Positions 1 through 18,997 of a stretch of DNA of 64,000 bases are shown in pieces (the first letter of the stretch is position 1; every line of letters begins with the position of its first letter). Location of the stretch: positions 31,252,135-31,316,134 of the forward strand of contig CM119264.1 of NCBI GenBank assembly GCA_051294375.1. Reading direction: 5' to 3'. The position numbers were made by a program, and so were the translations under genes. The notes beneath the pieces were generated by a model. The model worked only from the letters and a program-made list of their open reading frames with translations, was not told the origin of the DNA and made no database searches. Origin of the DNA: Paraspadella gotoi. Taxonomy: Eukaryota > Animalia > Chaetognatha.

Positions 1-133
1 TTGGATTAAAGACAAATTTAGAATTTTTACTACGATTTGCGGCACAGTTAAAGTTTTAACCAATCACATCACTTATAATATCACTACATCAGGGGATAAA
101 TTGTACTACTACTTTACAACCGTAATGCATCAC

Positions 134-7201
<7,068 letters not shown>

Positions 7202-7843
7202 CGTCGTCGTTGTCGTCGTCTTCGTTCAGACAAATCCAATATTTTAATTTCTAGAGCAAAAAAGTCAACTTGAATTGTTGAATGCGATAATTATCAATAT
7301 CAAATTGACCCTTATCAATATTAATATCAAATTGACTCTTAAACGAGTTTAAAAAAAAACCAACAAAAGACAGTGATGAAATTTTGTCAGTTTACTGCTT
7401 AGTTTTAACTTGATACAACATAAAATTATTAATCTGGAGATTTTTGTTAATTGATAAATCACATGATAAAGTTCAAGACTGAAAACTATTTATTAAAAAG
7501 TTTTCAAAGTATTTTGTTAAAAATAACGATCATAAAAATGGTGGTAACTTTTATAACTCTGAAGGTATTTATTTTGTAAAAAAAAATCGCGCTTTCAAAA
7601 TTCTTTTTTTTTAACAAAAACGATATTTTTGATTGTAATAATTAAACAATTTAAACAAATTTCTGTAGTAATATTTTGTTGTTATTTTCTTTTCTTCAGT
7701 TAAAAATAAAGTTGCTGTTGTAGAAAAAAAAGAAGAAAATAATTTCGAGTTTTGGTTAAAAGAGACGAAGGAGCAAAGGTTAAAACTCGTACGGGTTAGG
7801 AATCTAAACTGGTACGAGGTTTGAACTCAGAAAGAGATAGAGA

Positions 7844-7956
<113 letters not shown>

Positions 7957-8242
7957 AGAAAAGGTAAAAACATTACAATTAATATCATTTTTTTTTTCAA
8001 ATTGAAAATAAGGGTGGAAGATTAGGTTACGGATTCGGTTAAGATTAGAATTAAGTTCAGGAATTAGAAACATAATTTGGGGTTGTTAGAGGAGAATTGG
8101 TTTGGGCGATGCCGGCGGGTGCCGGCCGGGCTTGAGAAGCACGAGACCCTCTAACGTGTAGAACACATTGTCAGTTAACCACACGGGACGGCACGGTCGA
8201 CCACAATGTTGCCCACAGTGTAGGATCTGTGAATATGAATAA

Positions 8243-8333
<91 letters not shown>

Positions 8334-8693
8334 TATCTCTCTCTCTCTCTTTCTTCGCCATTGTACATCAATAACTGTAAATCGTATAACTATTAACGTC
8401 GTCATTTATTTGTGATAAGGAATATGGTGATATTTGTTATAAAGAATATGGTGATATTTGTGATAAGGAATGTGGTAATATGGTGCTTAGCTGAAAGGGA
8501 AAGGGAAAAAAAAAGAAATTATGTGAAGATGACAGAAAGTATCTAGTGAAAAAAAAATCGGAAAAAATGAGGTGATGAGTGAAAAGTTTCACGAGTCAAA
8601 AATGAAAATATTTAAATGTGAATTAAATGTGAAGATTTTAAGTGATAAGTGGCAGCTCTTTGTTTGTGATAAAAAGGGTTTGTTGACGTGAAC

Positions 8694-8792
<99 letters not shown>

Positions 8793-8985
8793 TCCTTCAA
8801 ATTTTCATTTTATCCGCAAACAAAATTTTTTTTTCGTAAAATTTTCAAACAAAAAAAAAAATCATCTTTTTTCTTCGAAGTCAAATTTCGTCATCAAACG
8901 ATGAAAAAACAATTTAACCTCGAATAATAAACTTAAATAATAAACTTAAATAAATAAACAAACAATTAATTATAAATAAATAAAA

Positions 8986-10105
8986 ATGAAGGAAGGATCG
9001 ACGATTTACCGAAAGGAAATTCGATTTCGAATCTCGAATCCAAATTTGACGTCAAATGACTTCAACTCTGACGCTATTTCCGCCGATGTTAACTCTCCTC
9101 GCTTGAATGAATCTATGAATTACGTCAAAAGACTCGACAAAATCTCGTGGCGCGAGGCCAAAAAAGTCACGGATAACGTCAGCGATAATGGTGATTACGC
9201 CATCGCCAAATTTACCGACGCGTCAGATTCGACTGACTTCACCAATGCCATCAGCAATGCCAACTCTAACGCCATCAGTTACGCCAATGCCTTCAAAAAT
9301 GCCAGCAGCAATGCCATTGAAAGTGTTAACGCCATAAACTACGCCATAAGCAATGCCACTGTCATCAACAACGCCAATTCAATCGACAATGCCAGCAGCA
9401 ATGCCATTGAAAGTGTTAACGCCATAAACTACGCCAACTCCATAAGCAATGCCACTGCCATAAACAACGCCATATCAATCAACAATGCCAGCAGGAATGC
9501 CATCGACAGCGCCAACACCAAAGCCATTAACAATGCCAACGCCATCAGCAACGCCAGCAGCCACGCCAGCAGCCACGCCAACAGCCACGCCAACAGCCAC
9601 GCCATCTTCCTTCGCGTCTTCGTCTTCTTTTTCGTCTTCGTTATTTTCGTCGAAGGAAAATCGACGTTGAAATTCGACGGCCTCAGCAGCAGCATCGGCG
9701 GCAGCAGCAGCGTCGGCAGCAGCTTTGGAAGCAGCAGCAGCGTCGTCTTCCCCAGTCAAAGTCACGGAGTTCCGTCCGTCGAGATTTGGCAGACGTGGCG
9801 CGGACCGGGTGAGTCCGTCTGTATGTCTCTCTGTCTGTCTGTCTCTCTAGTGCTGTCTGTCTGTCTCTCTGTCTGTTTGTCTGTCTGTCTGTCTCTCTCT
9901 CTGTTTGTCTGTCTTTCTGTCTGTCTGTCTCTCTGTCTGTAAGTCGGTCTTTTTGTCTGCTGGTCTGTCTATCCATACTTCTGTTTGTCTGGCTATCTAA
10001 CGCAATGTTAATTCATTGGTCTTTCTGTCTGTCCCTCTTTCTATATGTCGGTTTAGGTCAGTCTGTCTGTTATCCTCTTTATCTATCGCAATGTTTGCCT
10101 GTTTT

Positions 10106-10162
<57 letters not shown>

Positions 10163-10833
10163 AAAAGGCCATTAATTTTGACTTAAAGGTGTATCAGTTT
10201 TCTCAACCATTATTTTCTACCAGAAGTGGGCCTCTTGTTTTCGTCGTAAAAAATAGAGAAAAAAATTTTCACCTAAATATTTTTTTTTCTTTTTTCATAA
10301 AAATGAAGTTTTAACTTTTTGAGTTAATATATTTTTTCTCAAAAAATAAAAAAACTTTTTCAAAACAGATTTTAATTTTAAAATACGAAATAAGAATTTA
10401 TCAGTTTTGATATTATTAATAACTGAAGATTCAGGATTAATAAATAAATTAATTAATAAATAACTTTCAAGAGTTAGGAAGAAACCTTACTACAAAAAAG
10501 CCTTTATATCAACTTCGGAATTTTTATATATAAAAAATCCTAAATTGAAAAAATTTAAATTGATTGACTTTTTTAAAAAATTTCAGTGAAGAAAAACGAA
10601 CGACTAAAGAAGAAGGAAGAGGAAGAGAAGAAAAAATCATTGAGCGAAAATATTATTCAAGAAAAAAGGGTAATTTGAATTTAATATATTAATCAAAAAA
10701 TAACCTAAAGACAAATGAATAACAAAATTTTCTTTTCGTGACTCAGAATAACTTGGGAAGAGTTTCGGCCACAGAAGCCGACAAAGAAGCCGACAAAATT
10801 TGGAGAATCGTGGACAAGTTTTTGAGTGTGGCT

Positions 10834-10907
<74 letters not shown>

Positions 10908-13900
10908 CTCCTCCTCCTCCTCCTCCTCCTTCTCCTCCGTTTTAAAATTAAAGAATAATAAACAAACAAGAAACAAACAACCAATTAAAACTGAAAGTAA
11001 AGAAAAAGAAAACTTTAAATTCGCAGGAGAAGAAAACAAAAAGATAGGAAAGACGTCTTCTCTAAAAAGAGAAGAGAATGAGGATAGAGAAGTAATGTCC
11101 TCTCTAAAAATAAAGGAATTTAAAAAGAAAGTAAACACTTCCTCTCAAAAAAGAAAAGACTTTTCAAAACTGAAAAGGTTTTTAATTCGAAGCCAAATTT
11201 CGTCTCGCGATGGAAAATCTTTGCTACTTCGATTGAAAATGAAGGTCAAGGGCGAAGGGTCAAAGGTCAAGGGCGAAGGGTCTGAGGTCAAGGGCGAAGG
11301 GTCTGAGGACAAGGGCCAAGTTGATATTTGGGTCAAACGCATCAAACGAATTTTGAGAAAGAAAATCAGGGAAAATGAACTAAGATCGAGCATGTCAGAT
11401 CATCTGGGACAAAATGGGTCAGATCTTTCGGGTCAGAAGAGAACAAGTAGTTCTCTTAAGGCCTCTGCCGGATTAGTCCCCTTCGGTAAGGCTTTTGGGA
11501 ATCCGTCACGCTCATTGTCACGCGCTTTGTCACGTCATGCCACGTCCATTGACCCGTCACCGGGTTTATCGCATTTGTCACCCTCCGTGTCATTATCGAA
11601 ACCCTTTGTCCCGGAGACGGGAACTCTGTCTGATACCGAAGGAAAAACGACAACGACGACAACAACGACAACAACAACAACATCAGAGAGTCGGCCGCCG
11701 ACGTCGACTCAAATGATTCCGTCTTTCAAGTCCCGGGTTCGATCCCTCCTCAAGTAATTTTGGGTTGTTGTTGTTTTCCTTTTTTGTTTTTAGATGCGCA
11801 ACTTAATAAGTCACTTTTCGGTCTGTCGGTCGGATTTTCTGTCTGTCTGTTCTTTGGTTTATCCTACTTACGTTAAAAATGCTTAAAACTTGCTCAAAAT
11901 TTAGTTTATATTTGAGGGGTGAGGTAAGGTACTATAAAACCTAAAACGTGCATATGTAAAATAATGTATCATACCATCACAGATCAATAAAACGCGGAAA
12001 CAGAGAAAAGGATTAAGGAAGAGGATTCCGGAAGAGGAAGAAGATTCTGGAATGATTTCGAACGGGATTTTGGAAGCCAAATCCAGAAAAGGAACAATAG
12101 TTTCCGGAAGAGGAAAAGAAGGTTCCAGAAGAGGAAGAGGAGGATTCCGGAAGAGGAAACTGGCTTCGTCCACTTGCCCATTATAAATAGCCTCTGTTTC
12201 TGCTTTGATTCACTCTGTCTGAAAATTGACACTGTCTTCATGTCTATATTCTGAGAATAAAATTCTCTGTCTACTTACTTAAATGTGGTGGCAGCGGTGG
12301 GATTCGAACCCACGCCTCCGTAGAGACTGGTGATTATTTTATTTTTAAAAAATTTTGTTAGATAATCAGATAATCAGATAATAATCAGACCAGCTGCTTA
12401 CCGCTAATGATCGTGGGCAGATCCGGCATTGTTTGATCAAATCTGTATTTCTTTTTGTCAGTAACTACTAAGTCAGCTAAAGTTTAGATCATAAGTCTTA
12501 AATAAATTATAAACAATTTTTAACGGCTAATTTGGTTTTTCATGCAGACCGATTGGCACTTCTTCAGCCAATCAAAGACAATCAAAATATATCGTGTCCA
12601 ATCAACGACCAATCAACGAAGGAGAAACCAATCAAAGAAGATTAGAGAAGATTATCGATCGCTATCGAGATAATCCAAGAAGATTAGAGAATATTATGAG
12701 ATTATTGGAGCAAATGGATGAAGAGAAGGGGGAGGAAGAGGAGGAGGAAGAGGAGGAAAGGAAAGGGGAAGAAGAAGAGGAAGAGGAGGAGGAGGAACGG
12801 GAGGGGAAAGTAAGGGAGGAAGAGGAGGAGGAAAGGGAAGGGAAAGAAGAAGAGGAAGAGAAGGAGAAGGAAGAGAAAAAGGAGGAGGAAAAGGAGAAGA
12901 AAGAGGAAGAAGAAGAAGAGACCGAAGAGCCTCCAGCACCTCGTCAAGAGATGTGGACGACGCACCTTCCTCTTCATCTCAAAAATCAAGAGAGACTCGA
13001 AGATTTCTTTTCTCTTTATTCCGATAAAAATTCTCAGTTTGATAATTTGTTGTCTCTTTTGGATGAAAGACTTTATGAGTCTGCGATGGAACCAGGGATA
13101 GAGAGGGAGGAGATTATGAGGGGGTTGGGGAGGAAGAGTGGGAGGGAGAGGGAGAGGGAGAGAGAGAGGGAGAGAGAGATAACCCCGGCTGGGAAGACGA
13201 CAACACTGAAGACGACGACAACAACAGCTACAAAAACATCAAATCCAAATCTATCAACAACAACATCAACTTCACCAGCGACTCCTCACTGGATCACACC
13301 CTTCACTACTCCATCTCCCGCATCCTCTCGCTTTAACTCCCCCATCCCTGCTCCTTTTCCCTCCCTCCCTCACTCCTCATCCCCTGCTCCTTTTCCCTCC
13401 CTCCCTCACTCCTCATCCTATGCTCCTCTTCCCTCCCTCCCTCACTCATCATCCCCTGCTCCTTTTCCCTCCCTCCCTCACTCTTCATCCCCTGCCCTCC
13501 TCTTCCCTCCCTCTCACTCTTCATCCTCTGCTCCTCTTCCCTCCCTCCCTCACTCCTCAGCCTCTGCTCCTCTTCCCTCGCTCCCTCACTCCTCATCCTC
13601 TACTAAATCACTCCCTCCATCCCCTTCTCCATCCCCTTCTCCACATCAAAGCATGTACATCACTCGTCGACCTCTTCATGTTTCCCTCGCCTCTCATCTG
13701 CTGGGGTTTCTCCATCCACCCTACGGTCGAATAAACTCTCAATTCGACACGGTGCTGGAGCTGTTGGACTCCAGCATCGCGGGTCACATCAGGGAACCGG
13801 GTCATTCGGACGAGCGGCTGTTGAGGTCCTTCAAGAAGGAAGTGTTGAGAAGCAATTATCATCACCCTGGATATGAGAAGGAATATCACGGAGAGAGAGG

Positions 13901-15065
13901 GAGAGAGAGAGGGGAGAGGGAGAGGGGAAGTGGAGCGAGAGAGAGAGGTTCTGAGGGTAGAGGCCCTCGGCAAGGAGGCCTTCAGCGGCGAGGTCCCCAA
14001 GTCGCCCGTCGAGTCTCTCATCTCTCCGACGAAAAATCTAAAAAACCTCAGGAATTAAATTCTGAACAGGGAGGTACATGAGCAGATGTTGGTTCGGTCA
14101 GCAGGTGCCGACTGTCTAAACGATTGCTAAATCAGCAGATGCTAATTCTTCTATTAATTTTCCTAACATAATTAATCCCTGTGTGAGCATGTTTATTTAT
14201 ATTGTAGTATTATTATTATTATACATGCATTATTTTTTCCAATTGGGGTACTTATATATCATTTAATGTCCTTTCCCTTTCATCCCCCTTTGTCCGCTTC
14301 TCCTTATCGCTATTCGCTTCTCATTCGTCGCTTTTTTCCCCGCTTTTCCCGCTTCGTTGACCGCTTCTCAATTTCGGCGCCAAAGCCGGCCGATCGCTTC
14401 TCCCGATGGCCGACGATGGGCGATCGCCGTCGCTAGGCAACCGCGATGTTTATTCGTCGTCGCTAAGAGAATCGGGGAAGGATAGAGACAAGCAGATTGG
14501 TCGGAGGGATAGAGTCAAGCTGCTTGGTCGGAGTCGGCGTAAGCGAAGCCAATCAAACCCTAGAGATTTAGCCGAGATTGCAGAGTCGCCGAGAGATTAT
14601 CCGGCGCCGATAGATTTTCCGGCGCGAGACGAAAAAATGAAATTCGGTTTTGAGAAAAATCGAAACAGAAAAGAAAATGAGAAGTTGATTGATGAAGAGG
14701 AGGAGGAAGAGGAGGAGGAAGAGAAGGAGAAAAGGGAAGGAGAGGAGGAGGAGGAAGAGGGGGAAGAGGAGGAGGAAGAGAAAGAGAAAAGGGAAGGAGA
14801 GGAGGAGGAGGAGGAGAAGGGAAATGAGAAATCAGATAAAGAAGAAGACGACGAAGAAAAAAACGAAGTTGCCATCGTTTTTGATGTCATTCCTGACATT
14901 ATCACCGATGACTTCAGCGGTTTTTCTGACATCAAAGACCCGGGAGACAACGCCGCCGGCGCAGCCGAAATTTTTGACGCCGCTTCTCTCGCGTCGCCGC
15001 CTTTGAAATGGACGCCGCCTGAGAATCGCGACGCCGCGTTGATGGAATCGCGTGGGAGGGAAAAA

Positions 15066-15097
<32 letters not shown>

Positions 15098-18000
15098 TAA
15101 TCCCAATCTCTTCGTCTTCTCTCCGGTTCCATATTCGTCGTCAAAGCCTCGAGATTCTTTAGCCAAACAAACTCCTTCTTCCTTCAATGAAGTTTGGAAA
15201 GGCTCGTCCACCGACGCCGCCGCCGGCGCCAAGGACGCCGAGAAAGAAGGGATGACGCCGCTTTTTGACGCCGGAATTAGACAAAAGACGCCGTCGGTCG
15301 TCGTTAGCGACGAAATCATATTCGAGGCTGTCGGCGCCACGACTGATGGTAATGCCATTGCTGAAGGTAATGCCATTACTGATGGTAATGCCATTGCTGA
15401 TTCCATTTCTGATGTCGCTGATGCTGCTGTCGTCACTGATGCCGAAGCCATTGATGATGCATTTAATGTCTCAAACGATATCACCAATGATGTCAGAGAA
15501 TTTTCTGACAAAGTCGATTATCTTTCCATCGAAAACTCAGATTCGGATTTTCACGACGAGGAATCTAATGCAACAATGACAACAACAACAAAAAAATCAA
15601 CAACAACAACAGCTTCTATGAAAACAACATCAGAAATGAAGAAGACGACGACAACTTTGATAACAACAGCCGCAGCACCTTCTCCAATCGAGAAAGAAAC
15701 TACAGCATTTACTCATTTTCAAGTTTCAGCAGCAAATGTCCCATCATCTTCGATTGAAGCATCAAAAGCAAATTCTCCAGTTGCCACAATTGTAGATACC
15801 ACAGTTTTTTCTTCAGCAACTATTGCAGCAACTGCCTCTTCTGCCGCATATTTCGCCTTCGCAGCAACTACCTCAGTCATTTCTCCTTTCACTGAATCAA
15901 AAAGTTTTTCTTCCTCCTTCTTCGTTGCCTCATCAACAACAGCCACTCCAGCAAACGCTACAGCAAATTCTATGATCGCTACATCAACATCCCAGCCTTT
16001 GATTCGACCAACTACATCAAGTCTCGCTCCGCCGTCTTCCTCTATAACCCCATCAATAAAAACAAGTCTCCCTACATCACCATCTATGTCTTCGTCTTCA
16101 TCAATCTCTACTCCATCAATATCCACCCCATCATCCTTTCCTCCATCACCTCTCCGCCTTCGCTTCACCCAAAGCCTCGTGTCCCCGCAGCCGCAGTCGC
16201 CCGTCGCGCGGACGACGAGTCTCTTCAAGAACATCACCCAGATTTACAAAGATGCGCGGAAGGTGAGGCTTTAGTTCATCCTGCTTCAAAGCACGACGCC
16301 TTCAGTCGTGACCCCGTGGTTTATTGAGCATTACCACCAGCTCATGACCAGTAGTTACAGCTTAGAGGGATCGATCCCCAAGGGGACATACCCTGCGGGA
16401 AGCGTGAAGACGGCCGTAAACCGCCTCGGAGTCGTGAGAGGCACAGAAGATGATAGCGCATCATTCATAAAGGAATTAATTGATTGGTTTATCGATCAAT
16501 AAAACAATGAGAGAATCAGTCAATCTCTTAATAGGTTAATGATCCAATCGCTCTATTAATCTATAGATCCAGTAATCAATTAACCCCATAATCGACAAAA
16601 ATCAACTAATTAATAAAACCAATCGGTCAATCCAAACCTATAAGTTAATTGTTGTTTTAACGAACCTACCCTAACAATCAATATATACAATCAACTTTTT
16701 TTAATCTCATTTAATTTCATTCTCTCCTTCCTGTAAGACCATGGCGGAACGCGGTCGACTCGCCGATTCCATCCGGCGCCGATACTACCACAGCTTCCGC
16801 CTTCCTCCCGTCGCTATTTCCGGCGGCGACGAAGAAGAGATCGAACCCGTGCGGCGCTACCGACTCTATTCGGACCCGCGGCAGCGTTACTGGCACCGCG
16901 GGGAGAAGGCGCTGCCCAGACTCATGGATGAGATGAGCCTCTTCGTGTCGGGAGACAAAGGGGCCGAGTGTTATAGGATTCCTGTGATTGGTCGAACGAG
17001 GAAGGGTGAGGAGAGGTTGTGATTGATTGGTTGATTGATTGATTGACTGATTCCGTTTTTGTGTTTGATTTGATGTTTGATTGGTTGGCCTTTTTGGTTG
17101 GTTTGTTGGTTTTTGTGTTTGATTAGATGTTTTGTTTGAGTTTGATTGGTTGTTTGCATGATTGATTGATTGGCACGTTGATTGATTGATTGAATGATTT
17201 GGTTTTTGATTGGATGTTTTTACAATCTTTTTTTCCAATCTTTCTTTCAAGTATATTGTTCCAATATTTCTTTCCAATCTTTCTTTCCAATCTTTCTTGC
17301 CTCCCCAGGCACGATTCTGGTTATTGTCGAGGGACGAAAATTCCATTGCGGCGACGATGGAGCAAAATTTTTGGCTTTGAGGAGATCATTCGATGGAGGA
17401 AGAAGTTGGACGAGGCAGAGGAAGATATACGAGGATCCTGATTGGGTGAGGGAGAGAGAGAGGGAGGGAAAGACAGGGAGAGAGAGGGAGGGATAGGAAG
17501 ACGAGCTGAGTATAAAACAATACCCATCACTTTTTGATTTTCATTCTCTCCTCTTCTTCTCTCCCCTCTCTCATCCTCTCCCTTCTCCCCTCTCTCTCCT
17601 TTCTCATCCCCTCTTCCCCTTCTCCAGATCCCTTTTCCCCTCTCTCTCTTCTCCCCATCTCCTCTCTCTCTTCTTCTCTTCTCCCCTCCCCTTCTTCTTT
17701 CTCCTCTTTCCCTTTCCCCCCATCTCCCTCCTCTTCTCCCCCACTCCCTCTCTCTCCCCCATCTCCCTCTCTCTCCCCCATCTCCCTCTCTCTCCCCCAT
17801 CTCCCTCTCTCCCCCCCATCTCCCTCTCTCTCCTTTTTCTCCTCTCTTCTCCCCTCCCTTTCTTTCTCCCTTTCCCTTCTCCCCCTCCTCCCTCTTCTCC
17901 CCCCATCTCCCCCTCTCTCTCCCCATCTCCCTCTCTCTCCCCCATCTCCTCTCCTCTCCCCCCATCTCCCTCTCTCTCTTTCTCTCTCTCTTCTCCCCTC

Positions 18001-18934
18001 CCCTTCTTCTTTCTCCTCTTTCCCTTCTCCCCCCATCTCCCTCTCTCTCCCCCATCTCCCTCTCTCTCCCCCATCTCCCTCTCTCTCCCCCATCTCCCTC
18101 TCTCTTCCCCATCTCCCTCTCTCTCCCCCATCACCCTCTCTCTCCCCCATCTCCTCTCCTCCCCCATCTCCCTCTCTTCCCCCATCTCCCTCTCTCTCCC
18201 CCCATAGTCCACCGACGGTCTCAATCTCGGTTCTCTCACCGTCGACGATCGAAGTGACTCCATCTCTATTCATTTCAGTCTTTGTTTTCATCTTCGCGGA
18301 TGCGACGCCTCTTCGCTCATGATGATTTGGAGTCGAGACGAAGGGAGAACCTGGAACGGACCAAGGAATCTCTCCGAAGAGATAGGTGTAGGGAGATGTT
18401 ATTTTTAATGAGCAAATGAGTTTTGAAACGAGGCTCGTGGGAAAGAAATGATCAATCTATTTGGAAACTATCAAACTGCAACTGCAGTCCGCTTTGGTTA
18501 CCAAATTTATGTACGTAAAAAAAGCCCTGTACAGTTTATATTTGTTTGAATAGTTCAATTATTAAGGTAACGGTAATTATTATGATAATTTCTAGTTGAC
18601 TATACACTAGACCTAAGCGACCAGGGTCATTTGTGTCTCCCAAAGAGGCTTTTTTGAAGAAGAACTCCAGACTCCAGTCTCCGACTCTCTTGTGATTTTT
18701 AGGGTCGGAGACTTTCCTTCCCGCCACCGGAAACGGAATCGTGAAGAAACGTGAGCCTCACAAGGGAAGAATTCTTCTTTGTGGTCACAGCAGAATTGAG
18801 ATCGACGGAGCATTCACGCTTGTGAGGTGAGTGAAATGAGTGAATGAATGAATGAATGAATACATGAATGAATGAATGAATACATGAATGAAATAATGAT
18901 TAAGTTTTTGCGAGAGTTTAAGATTGATGGGAAA

Positions 18935-18997
<63 letters not shown>

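Noticed and set aside
11983-12185. Purine-rich exon-like segment in NEU1 intron 3
   Set aside because: In the phase required by the 11753 donor it stops after 11 codons, whereas 11753 joins 12548 cleanly.
14597-16237. Long antisense ORFs opposite the NEU1 stalk exon
   Set aside because: They are shadows of low-complexity sense-strand coding sequence.
17446-18207. Complementary (GA)n/(TC)n tracts bridging intron ends as a general splicing mechanism
   Set aside because: It fits this intron but not others; some DPYD introns have GA tracts at both ends or at only one end.
17321-18322. Overlapping 220-260-aa G/E/R- and S/P/L-rich ORFs
   Set aside because: They are translations of a polypyrimidine minisatellite that lacks stop codons; the same applies to 36976-38305 and 22815-23285.
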